A stretch of 64,000 bases of DNA from contig OZ024743.1 of the NCBI GenBank assembly GCA_964016885.1, positions 253,952,001 through 254,016,000 on the forward strand, given 5' to 3'. Under the pieces are notes generated by a model. The model had not been told where the DNA came from. It was given only the letters and a program-made list of their open reading frames with translations, and ran no database searches. Within the stretch, counting starts at the first letter, position 1, and each line of letters opens with the position of its first letter. Below are positions 12,019 to 25,084 of this stretch, piece by piece. The stretch comes from Eledone cirrhosa. Lineage: Eukaryota. Both the position numbers and the translations under genes were made by a program.

Positions 12019-12069
<51 letters not shown>

Positions 12070-12076
12070 CACACAC

Positions 12077-12139
<63 letters not shown>

Positions 12140-12712
12140 CCTTATAATTTCTTTAACAAAGGTTTTTATATTGTGATGGTAAATATAATGTTATTTTGTA
12201 TGTCTTGATGCCTCTGTTTATATTATTTTTACACTATTTGCATTATTTATTTGTTGTTATAATAGCGAAATTATCTTTAAATGTTTTTTCTAACATCTCT
12301 ATTTTATATAATTCCGTAATTGTTTTTAATAGTTTAAAAATATGTTAGATGCAACAGCTTTTATTAGATTTACTTCTCTTTACTCTTTTTTGACGAGATA
12401 AAAAGATATTTTATTTACATTTCCGTTTTAAACTTAAATGTAAGAGGTTAGAATAAATAGAATATATTAAAAAATAAATGTAAATCTCAGCTTTAAAGTG
12501 AGAGGAACACGTATATTTTTTTTATCTATTCCAGTACAAATTATGTTGTTTTACGGTTGGAATAAGTGATATTCAGTTTATTCTCCAAATAGTAACAAAG
12601 CTATGTTTGAGAATATATATAGATAAATATATATATACGTACACAAACAAACAAACACACACACACACACAAACACAGACACACAGAGACACACACAGAC
12701 ACACAGACACAT

Positions 12713-12780
<68 letters not shown>

Positions 12781-12904
12781 TCATACATATATATATATAT
12801 ATATATAAACGGATTGATTGTGAATAAGCTATCATGTTACTTCGTTCCTGCTACTGATTATTACACATACGCACACACACGTATATATATATATATATAT
12901 ATAT

Positions 12905-14541
12905 AACGAAGGAAATGTGGTAGAGAACCAGATAGACCATAACGCACCAAAGTACTCAATACTTAGGGTAGTAGAGTGGGTAATAGGAACGAGTAGGACC
13001 CCGACGGCTGAGCTCAAGCCGTTTTGACGTCTAATTCTGGACTAAATGAAAATGTTTATCCTGGTACATGAATAGCCGAGCTTCTCAGGGGGTAATTCCA
13101 TATATGATAAAAGTGATTGTCACAAGGATTGGTCAAAAGTTTGTGGAAGGAAGGGGTAGCTGAACTTGCCAGTAGAAGAAAGAGGGAGAGGGAGTGGAGG
13201 AAACCCAGTCGTGCGTTGATAGTGCCAACTACAGCAGGATCCTAAGGGTAGGAGGTCAAGAAGGTATACTAGGGAGGGGGAGGGGGAGGAAGTCGAAACA
13301 ATAAGTAAATCAATATGGAGTAAATATATAGAAGAAGAATAAGAATTTTAAAAATATAAAAAAAAAGAATTCTGGTTTCTATTCCCTTACCACAATCATG
13401 GTACTGCCAAACTTTAGAGAAGTTTAATAGGTGGGACGGAATTGTAGTGAAAGAATTTTATGTGTTAGTAGTAATCATCCAAATCTATCTTACAGTGACC
13501 GGTCAACAACTAGGGGGCCAAAATACTAAAGAAAGTACTACGAGATAAAAATTCAGAGTCCCGAAACTAATACAAAATGATAATTCAGAATCCCGAAAAT
13601 GAATACTAATACAATATATAAGGGTGCCGCTACAATACATAAATTCTAATACAAACTACATAAATGCTCGTATGATATATATGAAAAATTTGATACGAAA
13701 AATTAATTCAGTATACCCCAAAAAATAAATAAATACTGATATACGAGAAACTAAAGAATAGATACCACTAAGAAATCTAGAAAGCACGGAAATGGGACAG
13801 CTATCGGATAAGAAAGCAAGTATCTGGGGTTTATCACATCTGCTATAAAAAGCGGAGTCGGCCAATTCTATCATAGAATACGGGATGGGGTGGGGGTACT
13901 GAGGCTACAAAGGACCGAAGGGCTGCCTCGGGTGGGCGAGAAAGTGAAAAGGACGACGACAAAGAAGGAGAACTGGGGTGGAAGGACTAGGAAGGGATGG
14001 GGGAAGAAGGAAATATAGAGGAAACGATAAAAAGATATATACGAAAATCTTACGTCTACCTTTGCACATAGGGGTTACCCATTACAAAGTAATGATGATT
14101 GTGGTAAGGGAATAGTAACCAGAAATTGTTTTTTTATATTTTTAACATTCTTATTATTCTTCTATATATTTACTCCATATTGATTTACTTATTGTTTCGA
14201 CTTCCTCTCTCTCCCCCTCCCTTGTATACTTTCTTGACCTCCTACCCTTAGCATCCTGCTGTAGTTGGCACTATCAACGCACGACTGGGTTTCCTCCACT
14301 CCCTCTCCCTCTTTCTTCTACTGGCAAGTTCAGCTACCCCTTTCTCCCACAAATTGCCATGATAGAATTATGTGTCTCAACAACAAACTTTTGACCAATC
14401 CTTGTGACAATCACTTTTACCATATATGGAATTACCCCCTGAGAAGCTCGGCTATTCATGTACCGGGATAAAAATGTTCATTTAGTCCAATATTAGCCGT
14501 CGAAACGGCTTGAGCTCAGCCGTCAGGGTCCTACTCGTTCC

Positions 14542-14543
<2 letters not shown>
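12905..14543. mobile_element. PLE-type fold-back element with ~420-450 bp inverted arms, between (TA)n tracts
   Basis: 12979-13398 is the reverse complement of 14095-14543, with a ~34-nt indel. Termini carry the HHR 3' half GAAA-cggc(ttgagctca)gccg-TC. Confidence 0.8.
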
Positions 14544-14573
<30 letters not shown>

Positions 14574-14778
14574 CATGAGAAGAAAGAATAATACTGCTTG
14601 GTTGCACATGGGTTACATATGATAAAATTAGTCCTTCGTCAGTGATTTACCAACCATCATTGATATTTCATCGCATTAAAAATCATATACCTCAGGTTGG
14701 TGCGAGCAATAACTAAAAAAAGCTATTGGGACAAGTAAATCGCGTAAAGCGAGTGAAACAACTAAACAACATAGAAGG

Positions 14779-14816
<38 letters not shown>

Positions 14817-15237
14817 TATAGGTGGGAGTATAAACAACTGAATTCTTGAAAAAATATTTATTTGTTTACAATTGTTTCAAAGGCCAAATCGCAATTCGAT
14901 CCATAAAAACAAATCCTATGAATGTTTGTATCGATAGGCCCAGGTTATATTAATATTGAAATATGATCGGATCTCATCTTCAGAATGCAAAAAGCATATA
15001 AATTTAAATTTGAAAAATACATGTCACTGGTGGAGGAGACTAGAAAAAAATATGAAACACGTACCATACTATTTAACAAAAGAAGGATTAAATTGGAAGG
15101 ATCAAACATTATTATTCGAAAAAACGTGTTAGGCACATTAATTTCGGTAGATTGACACACACACAAACACACGCACATATATATATGTCAATCTAAGAGA
15201 GAAAGAGAGAGAGATGGTGAGAATGATTGATAAATAA

Positions 15238-15304
<67 letters not shown>

Positions 15305-15382
15305 TATATAGTTAAACATTGGGGAATATTCCATACAGCTCGAAGATAATAGGTAAAAAATCGGTGTGGAAATGTACAGAAG

Positions 15383-15809
15383 AGTATTTAAAGAAACTCT
15401 TTTTCTTTAATCCTCTAAACAAATATTTCTATGTTTGATACCACAAATACTTTTTACCAGTTTCGTTTCATTACGTATTAAATATGGCTATTTTCTCTCT
15501 GAAGTACCCCTACATTTATTTCTCTGTATTTAGAGTGGTGATTGCAGAAGTACGATTGAAAACGTCACGATCCAGAAGTGTTTTAGTTACATAATAACCA
15601 TATGTTTAATAAAGTACAAAATATGAGAACTTTATTTGTTAAGATAAATTAATTTTTATTTGAAAAATTGTTCTAATTAATATATACTGGTAAAACAAAT
15701 ATAATTGTTTCTATGAAAATATAATAAAGCATATATTTAACACTTATGCATCAAATATAGAAATATTCCTTTTGTTGGATGAAAGTAAAAGAGTTTCTTT
15801 GTATATACT
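15383..15809. repeat. Imperfect ~57-bp inverted repeat (15383-15439 / 15749-15809)
   Basis: agtatttaaagaaactctttttctttaatcc..aatatttctatgtttgat versus atcaaatatagaaatatt..ggatgaaagtaaaagagtttctttgtatatact. Confidence 0.6.
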
Positions 15810-16162
15810 ATTGTGAATTGGCACTTTTAAAGAGGGAGAGTGTGTGTCCGCGTGCATGCATGTGTAACCATGACTCCGAGCCATGTAACAAGCAAATAAG
15901 TATGTGATCTTAACACTCCTACTCAGGGGTCAGCTTCAGATAGATTATGGTTGTACCCCGAGCTCTTTGATATTGAAACTATGATAATATGCCAATAAAA
16001 TGTCTATATATGCTGCAAAACTGGACACTAGAGTCGCCTTAACTTTGGAGTGCAACACAACACGAAACGGACTTTGTAACGGCATTGAATGCTTCGAACG
16101 CCGCCTTTAACTGTAGTCACACACCAAACTAACACATACACACGCATACATACACACACGCA

Positions 16163-16266
<104 letters not shown>

Positions 16267-17099
16267 GTTCGGAATATTAGAATACAAAAAACAAAAAATA
16301 AACAATAAACAAATGCAGGGGATAAATAAATATGTGTGTGAGTGTGTGTGTGTAAAACAATTGGCTAGGTTTAATGTCATATTTCTGAACTCTTGTTTAT
16401 TCAGAACATAATCATTCTAGAGATGGCTGTAAAGGGTTTGGTGATAGTAAGGGCATCCAGTCATAGCAAACTTGCTAAACAAAGGGTTCGGAGGACACTT
16501 CAGTTGTGACAAGGACATGACAACTACCTTAGTGCTGGTGATCTACATGATAAAAGCAACCAGGACACCCAGCTGTGGCGGGCTTGCCAAGAAAAGGGTT
16601 GGGAGGACCCTTCAGTTGCGTCGGAGACATGACAACTTCGCTGATGCTGGTGCCAGGATATAATGCATTTGGTAGAATGTGAAAACATCTGTGAGCTCTG
16701 TGGCTCCGCTACAATTCAGACCCGGTCAGTGAAAACCCGTCCAGCCATTCATAGCAGGGAAAGTGGACGTTAAATGATGATGATGATGATAGTGTTACAT
16801 CTCTTCAGGAAACCATTACTGACCTTTCAAATAATCCACTCCCCCTATCACACGCGCACTCACACTCTCATCACGCATACACACACCAGTACATATATAC
16901 ACTCACTCACACTATTCACACACCCTACTACAACCACTAACCCCAACCCACACATCCGCATCCGACTACCCCACCACTAATAAAACTAAACATCCCCCAA
17001 CCCATCTTCCCCCTCACCACACACACACGAATACACACCAGCATACATACACTCACCCACACCCACGTACACACCGATACAGCACCCACTCAACACCCA

Positions 17100-17542
17100 C
17101 ATATGACGTATTATCTTCGTTTTTTCCGTTCATTGTCAGCGAATGTCTCTATGAACCATCTAAGAGAATATTAGTCTACGACTTCTTTTATACCATAACT
17201 GTGGTTCTGTCTTTGCGTGTAATTGTTTTTCACCGCTCCAAATAATGACGTATTACATTCGTTTTTTCCCGTTCTTTGCCAGGGAACGTTTCCACGAACC
17301 AAAGTATCGTCTCCCTGTCTTCCTCCAGTTGCAACGTTTTTTGGAATATTCACTTCTGCGTTCACAGATTGACTTTGTTAGTTTCAGAAGAATCCGTTTA
17401 GGGTGAAAGCAGCGATTCTTTGCTTAAACTTTAATCTGTTATTTTAATAAATATTTGCTCTACGGTTCTTATATATTTGACATATATTTATCCTTATCGA
17501 GCCCTCTTTGGATTTTAGTCTTCAAATTTATTACTATTACTA
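17100..17542 (+). mobile_element. Solo pseudo-LTR (3' end) of the main PLE family
   Basis: Matches 33830-34285 and the reverse complement of 20470-20836. Ends cttcaaatttattactattac-(TA)n. Confidence 0.85.
17380..17430 (+). ncRNA. Variant type I hammerhead (CAGAAGA core) in pLTR
   Basis: agttt-CAGAAGA-atcc(gttta)gggt-GAAA-gcag(cgattct)ttgc-TT-aaact. Stems I, II and III all pair. Confidence 0.65.
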
Positions 17543-17605
17543 TATATATATATATATATATATCAATGGTATTAATAAATGGAAACTATTTTATAAAACC
17601 ATATT

Positions 17606-17666
17606 TATTTTATTATATATAATTCAAGGGTACCAACATTTTGGCACGCGCTCATCGGATAAAATA
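17606..17666 (-). ncRNA. Hammerhead remnant of the 3056/4171 family
   Basis: Minus strand: tattttat-CCGATGA-gcgcgtgccaaaatgttggtaccctt-GAAT-tatata-TA-ataaaata. Flanking 17563-17668 matches 3012-3120. Confidence 0.6.
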
Positions 17667-18300
17667 CAATTGCACGCAAAGACAAAACCAAGTAAATGGT
17701 ATAACTGAAGCCGTAGACTAAAATTCTAACTAGGAAACCGAATGATTCTCCGCTTCAGAGGTAAGAATAAAGTAAATAAAATACAGAGGTAATAGAAATT
17801 AAATAAATACATACACGCATCCATATACGTACATACACAAGCATACGCGAAAACACTCGCCATAGGTATACAAATACACGCACATATAAATATGTGTGTT
17901 GTGTGAGTGCGTGTATACAAATAATTAAATAAACGTATATAAATAAATAAATACGTATATAACAAGCGCACACACATACCTACATGTAAATACACAAATC
18001 TTCGGAGAAGTACGTCAACCAAAACACGAAGTACATATATACACACATCCTACATACGTACGAACCCGCATACTCACACAGACGCAACACTGACGTATAC
18101 ACATAACCAAATGTATATGTACCAGAATATATAAAATATACGCCATAACATATACAATCAAATATACGTACGAGAAAGTATACGTACCTTCACAAAACAG
18201 ACAGGTAATATATACTTACCTATGCAAATAAGTAATGGTATAAACATAACATATACTTAGCTACCACATCAAGACGTAAATTATCTGCGTATAGATCGTA

Positions 18301-20429
18301 CTATCCGTTAGGGTATAATGTGGGGCTATAATACAGGAAAGTTTTGTGCAATTTATGTTTACAAGCCGAAATTGCCTCAGATTTTTTGTTTAAGATGTGG
18401 TCTGTAGGGTAGAGTATTTCCAGGGCCTCAGCGGCGAAGAGGTCACATGGTCTTTTATTTCCGTTATATTTCTAGCTCTAGCTAGGAACTCCCAGTCTAA
18501 ATTATATTGGGTGTGGTTGTCTTTTAGACTCCAGATATAAGCTGAAAGTGACGTCATATTCCTTCTTAGAGGGTATCGAAAAGAATGGGCATGCACGTAA
18601 AGACGCTGCTTGAATCTATTGACGGTTTACCCTATGTAGGCCCTACGGGTCGTGGGTGTTTCAACCTTATATTTGTAGACAATGTTACTAGAGAGGCATT
18701 TCCCGGATAGGGGCAATCAACCCGATTCCTACAATTACAGTTAGTACTAACTACAGGGTTGCACTTGTTCCTACGGCTAGGCAGTTTAGCTAAATTTGTA
18801 GCTGTGATGTTATGCGCAACGTTAGGAGTCGTAGAGTAAGAAATTTTAATAGTATTTCTATTAAAAATGTTACTATATGTATGTGTAGGAGGAAAATGCT
18901 TCGTAATAAGGGATAAAAAGATCTTAGCTAATGGTGTGACCACCTCCATATTATATGGTGTGTTATACCATATAATGCGTCGGGATCTATTTCTTCGAGG
19001 TCTATTCTCGTACTCTGTATATGCTACCTTATCGACAAATCCACTCCGAGCAAGAGCTTCATTGTAATATGTGAAATGGTCGTTGAATATATGCTCGTTA
19101 GTAGATAGACAGGAAAGCCTTGAAGAAACGTTTCTTACCAGGTTCTTGGTTATGCTGGGAGGATGGTTGGAATCCTTACTTATGTAATTAAGAGTATCAT
19201 TCGGCTTTTCTATATGGGTAATACAAACCATTCGATAAAATGAGGGTAACTTCGGGGTAATTAACGACCGATAGGTTGGCCTCAACCTGTATAGCGAGGC
19301 TGAAGCCTTTAAAGAAGGCTGTGAGTTCTTTTCTGAACCTGTCGAAAGCACGTGGGCCGCACTTAGTCATGGTCAAAAGACCATCATCGCGGTACAAACC
19401 ACTGCCCACGTTGGGGAATTCGTCCTTGATAGAGAAAAGAAGGAAAAGGCCGATAAGATCAGTAACCTCTTCAAAATCGCTGGCGCCCATACTCACATCG
19501 AAAGGGGTACTGTTAGATTTTTCAATCCAAATAGAGTCGTCGAAATTAATCACCGACTTACGAGCATTGAGGATGACATCAACTTCGAAATCCTTAACCA
19601 CTGTGAGTGTTTTAGCGAAATTGATAGCTCTAAAGAGAAGTGGTAAAGTGATAGAGGAGTAGTAATTGTTGATGTCGAATTGGATAAAACGGCAATGTTC
19701 CTTGTTGCATATGCCGTTGAACCAGTCAATCACCGCGAAAGAATTGTTCCACGGTGCACGAGGGGCCAAACTTCTAATTTCAGGTATAATTCTTTGAAGA
19801 ATCGTTTTACTAAGTCTACCTAAATCGCACTTCGTAGGGTTAATAAGCCGAGTAGAGGGGTTGTTCGGAAAATTGGATTTGTGATCCTTCAGGGTAAAAT
19901 GGGGAGAAATAGGGTCCAGAGTTACGGTCCGGTCCAGGATGTTGAGATCAGAGGTGATTTTAAACCCATCATCGTTGATTTCATTGATGACGCACCGATT
20001 AGTTTTACGGTAATCCTTAGTTACAGCATTATGTAGTAGTTGATGGTAAGTACTGCGCTCCACTTGATATAGGTTGCCAGTTTTGTCGGAATGGACGTAC
20101 ACAGCATTAGAATCCTTAATACAACGAATTCTATTCTTCGGGTCCTGCTGGAAGGAATTGCTCCTATTCCGAACTTTGATACTCCGTATGAGTTCCAAGA
20201 CATCATTTTCGAAGGGTAGCAATGCTGGGTTACACGGAGGGTTATTATAGGTTTTAAATCCAAATGTATCCTGTTTGTTGTCTGCTTTTCGCTGATTATC
20301 AAAATAAAAGAAACGCCAACGCAACCTTTTAATGAACGCGTCTGTTTTCTGTATCAGGAGTTTTAGGTATGTTTTCCTGCTTGGTACGGATATGTTCGTT
20401 GTAGAAATATTCAGATGTTGTTTCTGCAT
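18301..20429 (-). pseudogene. PLE RT + C-terminal GIY-YIG endonuclease ORF, frameshifted
   Basis: HSDKTGNLY, FIQFDINNYYSSI, SMGA, GLYRDDGL, YISKDSNHPPSI, WYNTPYN, CNCRNRVDCP, then a GIY-YIG region. Spread across ORFs 19197-20429, 18632-19351 and 18390-18596. Confidence 0.92.
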
Positions 20430-20591
20430 GATGAATATAAGTCAATAGAGTGCTTAACCGAGGGAGCCAAATAGTAATAATTATAAATTTGAAGACTAAA
20501 ATCCAAATAGACTAAAATCCATCGATAAGGATAAATATATATCAAATATATAAGAACCGTAGAACAAATATTCATTAAAATAACAGATTAA

Positions 20592-20642
20592 AGTTTAAGC
20601 AAAGAATCGCTGCTTTCACCCTTAACGGGATCTTCTGAAACT
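20592..20642 (-). ncRNA. Variant type I hammerhead (CAGAAGA core) in upstream pLTR, sense to the ORF
   Basis: Minus strand: agttt-CAGAAGA-tccc(gttaa)gggt-GAAA-gcag(cgattct)ttgc-TT-aaact. Confidence 0.65.
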
Positions 20643-20981
20643 AAGAAAGTCAATCTGTGAACGCAGAAGTGAATATTTCAAAAAACGTTGCAACCGGAGG
20701 AAGACAGGAAGAAGATACTTTGGTTCGTGGAAACGTTCCCTGGCAAAGTACGGGAACAAACGAATGTAATACGTCATTATTTGGAGCGGTGAAAAACAAT
20801 TACGCGCAAATACAGAACCACGTTTATGGTATGAAACAAAAAAATCTGAGCCAATTTCGGCTTGTAAACATAAATTTCACAAACCTTTCCTGTATTACAG
20901 CCCCACATTATACCCTAACGGATAGTACGATATATACGCGGATATTTTACGTCTTGATGTGGTAGCTAAGTATACTTATTA

Positions 20982-21710
20982 GTAGTCCAGCCAGCGACTT
21001 GAAAACTCTGGTACAAACACTACACCTGTGACAATTATTGACACATAGTGCTGGGCCCATGGCACCATGTGACGACAACTGCAGGGAGATCTCCAGATAT
21101 AAAGCAATGCATGTGGCGTGAAGATTTTATAGGGAGCAAAGCCAGTCCCACTCTCTTAACCAAGATGATATTTACCAAAAAGAAGAACAAGTCAACATCA
21201 TTGGATACCATCAGGGTTGCAGGTATTATATCAGTGTTTTCCTTCTCCTAGAATTCTACCTTGACAAAGGCTAAGGGGTCATCTCTCCCAGATATATATA
21301 TGGTGGCTGCCAACTCGTTTTCGAGTACGGCCACTACTTTATATCCATGTAGGAGAACCCCTACCGATGCGCTGAACGAGTGTGACTTTTTAGTCTAGCC
21401 AGCGACTTGAAAACTCTGGTACAGACAGTACACTTGTGACAATTATTGACACATAGTGCTGGGCCCATGGTACCATGTAACGATAAGTGCAGAGAGATGT
21501 CCAGATATAAAGCAATGCCTGTGCCGTGAAGCTTTTATAGTGAGCAATGCCACTGCACAAAGCCAGTCCCACTCTCTTAACCAAGATGATATTTACTAAA
21601 AAGAAGAACAAGTCAACATCATTGGATACCATCAGGGTTGCAGGGGTTATATCAGAGTTTTCCTTCTCCTAGAATTCTGCCTTGACAAAGGCTAAGGGGT
21701 CATCTCTCCC
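20982..21710 (+). repeat. Diverged direct duplication of a ~310-320 bp unit (20982-21289, 21391-21710)
   Basis: Both run tagtc.agccagcgacttgaaaactctggtaca..gacaaaggctaaggggtcatctctcc. A partial relative lies at 22940-23018. Confidence 0.85.
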
Positions 21711-21928
21711 GGTGATTTTGGATGGCCATTGACTCTTAAGAGCTCCTTTGCCCTTTAACAGGTTTTGTTTTTAGTCCTGCAGGATGTCCAAAGTCACCCT
21801 CCTCACCAAGAAACGTTGGTGGGGTTGCCAGTTTAGTCGCCAACGACCCGACCATGAGACAGGTTGTACTGGGATACATGTTACCAGTAGCACCAACTGG
21901 TGACCTGACATATACATACATACATACA

Positions 21929-21962
<34 letters not shown>

Positions 21963-21973
21963 CATATATATAT

Positions 21974-22120
21974 AGGAAACGTGTCAGGACGCCGACGACT
22001 GAGCTCTGGCCGTTTCGACAGCTGTCGAAGCTCAGCCGTCGGAGTCCTGACTCTTTTCCTACAACCCCCAATATCGAGTACTCTGATGCGTTATGATCCA
22101 CCTGGTTCATTTCCACACTT
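21974..22120. mobile_element. Short fold-back of the GAAAcggc..gccgTC HHR-associated family
   Basis: Inverted arms ggaaacgtgtcaggacgccgacgactgagct / agctcagccgtcggagtcctgactcttttcc around the palindrome ttcgacagctgtcgaa. Flanked by (TA)n. Confidence 0.7.
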
Positions 22121-23037
22121 CCTTATATATATATATGTACACACATACACACACACCCTTGACTACCCTGAAACTTTCTTCACCAACAAAACCAACACCA
22201 CCATCACCTTCTATACACACAGGTTTGTTATATCTTGTCTATACAGTTCACACTATGTTTACCTTACTGTGAATGTCAAACTATTTTATAATACTTGTGT
22301 GACTTCCTTAACATCTTATCAGATAATCAGATCCCTTAAGGATATACACACATGCCTCTGCCAATTACCTCATCCCGCTGTGAGGGTAAAGAGAGAGGCG
22401 TAACAGAAAGTGGTAGAGAAGGGTATAAATGTAAACAATCAATTCATGCACGCATACACACATGCATATATCATATATACATATATCTATAACGGAGGTC
22501 AGAGTGGGCAAATGCCTTGGGCCACCTCCATCAAACATCCTCAACCCCTTTTGCAAACAGCATCCCCTCTTTGAGCAGGGTCCCACCTCAAAAACTAACT
22601 TTGAAATTGATCATAAACATAATTTTATCTTTTAAAGAGTATATTTTTCAAAATGTAATTGATGTCGCTTTTGTGACAATTTATCAAAATATCTTTAGGC
22701 TAGCAACAACATTTAACGAAAGCATGGTGAGCACACGGTATTTGGTGTATATACGCATGTGTATATTTGTGTATAGGTGGCACGAACATGACGTTTAACC
22801 CCTCCAAGGACAGAGATTCTGTTCTGCTTATGCTGCAGCGAAAGAAAAAGAAAAGCCATGCTTATGCAATAAGCATGAAAGTCATTTAGACTTCGAGTGA
22901 AGCCTGTTCTTGAAGCTTTTTTTAAATGACGAGATGCCTTACACTGAACCAATCCCTCTCTCTGAACAACAGTGACATGTATCTAAAAAGAAGAACAGGT
23001 CAATAACATTGGTTACCTATATATATGCATATACATG

Positions 23038-23085
<48 letters not shown>

Positions 23086-23517
23086 TAATTCAGCGATAAT
23101 CGTATTTCGGCTGGTAGCGAAATGAAACGCAAAATCGTAGAAATGCTGGCAAGCGCTCAATATTTAAAAAAACAGAGCTAAACAATATGTTAAAACGCCA
23201 TATAAACTGAAAAAGTGGTTAAGAAGGCATTACCCACCTAAGCCAAAAGACAAATCAAGCTAAACAGGTCAAACAAAATAAATGATAAAAACCTGGACCC
23301 AAATGGAACTGGTGGTAAAATCCAAATGCAGGGTTTCTATGACACCTAAATCAATAATACTCTCTGCTTAAAACTATAAGCTTTCAGCATAAAGATAGAA
23401 CAAGGAATATCACGTTATCAACAGGTAATTCTGCTCTGTAACCAACTTTGTGAGTGACGCCGAACATAGTAAACGCACATGCGTAAGTCACAAGGGGAAA
23501 TTCCCCATATTTTGGCA

Positions 23518-23667
23518 AAACTCTACGGGCATGGGAGTGCCGTCAACTGGGCCTGGCCGAGATGTGTGAAGGTGACGAGACCGTCCTGCGTGCACTCATT
23601 AAGTGTCTGAGTATTGCTGACCTGTGGGTTTCTGTCGAACACCTGCTGCCACATGTTGCATGTATCC

Positions 23668-23672
<5 letters not shown>
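23518..23672 (+). repeat. Near-identical copy of Tx1-like segment 26963-27117
   Basis: aaactctacg.gcatgg.agtgcc.tcaactgggcctggccgagatgtgtgaaggtga..catgtatccaacta. Only a handful of differences; ends in (TA)n. Confidence 0.88.
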
Positions 23673-23738
<66 letters not shown>

Positions 23739-23942
23739 CATTATAGTCTTTTCGTGGTTATTTTTAATGCTTGCATAGATTAGATTGTCTGAAGACTGCG
23801 CCCTGCTCTTACACTTTTTTTTGGCATGGGTTCTATGGCTGGAGGCTCTTCCTAAGACTAGCCACAACATGGTGTGTACAGTGTTTTCTCATGGTACCAC
23901 CACTACCATATGTCAGGATTTACACCCCCCATACCTACACAC

Positions 23943-24022
<80 letters not shown>

Positions 24023-25084
24023 AAAAAAAGAGAGATATGAAAGGAAAACAGTAATATTAAAGTTTACTTAAAGCTTTAAGTGTATATCTAAATATGAAGT
24101 TCTTCAATTATATGTTTATGTGCGTGTGTGTGTGTGTGAGTGAGTAAGTGTGTATGTGAGTAGTAACTAAATGCTTTTGAACCTCATAAGATATCTTCCT
24201 CTAAGCAAAACATTTATATATCTATATCTGCACACGCATATATATAAATACGTCACACACACACATAAATATATATATTATATACTATACATGTATATAT
24301 TACGCATATAGATATGAATATATGTATGCATATATATATATATATACATCTACAGGCGTGACCCCCTAATGGTAAAGCTATTAAATACTGTGTAGATCAC
24401 AGCCACCCCTACTGAGATAACATTTAGACACCAATTACAAAACCATGTAGATTATATCTAGATAATTACAGTACCAGCTCCATAGTGTAAAAGATAAGCC
24501 AGACAGCCAACCAGCTAGTCAGCCAGTATGAGAAGATAAGGTAACCCATACGATGTTTACCATATATTTAGGAGATAAGATAAAGTAATTTCACTGGGAG
24601 AAATCTCCTTAGTAAAGCCCCAAGTAAGTAATTTTGCAACTAAATAAATATTTATTTATATTTGTCAACATAATTAAAGACTATCCGATGTGACAAACGA
24701 GAAATAACGACATGTCTATTTAAACATAAGACATATGTAGTTTTGTCATTTCTTTTATTTCGATTTGGGAAAAAAATGAGCTTGCTTTCTTTTCAGCCAA
24801 GATAACATTACAAAATAAGTATATTTTTTCTTGATTTTTCTAGTGAAGTGAGATTCAACAATTAGAAATCCTATACTATGTCTCTGTGCCAGATTTAGGA
24901 AATTGGTATTAACGATAGAAGTGAGAAAAAACAACAGCAACAACTACAAAAACGATGGAAAATTAATTACTACAACAATAAAACAACAACTTAAACTCTC
25001 TAGAACATCATACCGGAAATAAAGAAGCTAGATTAGCCCGGACGAAATAAATAAAAATAAAATACGAAAATGGGAAGGCAGGAG

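Larger units (their letters stand above)
17670..20975 (-). mobile_element. Penelope-like retroelement copy 1 (upstream pLTR + ORF + 3' region; 5' inverted fragment at 20843-20975)
   Basis: pLTR 20470-20836 lies in tandem directly upstream of the ORF ATG. 20843-20975 is an inverted copy of the ORF end. The 3' non-coding region matches copy 2. Confidence 0.92.

Noticed and set aside
19276-19662. Antisense ORFs over RT regions (also 8124-8414, 31890-32276, 40153-40581, 62861-63493, 63533-63856)
   Set aside because: Shadow frames of retroelement coding strands.
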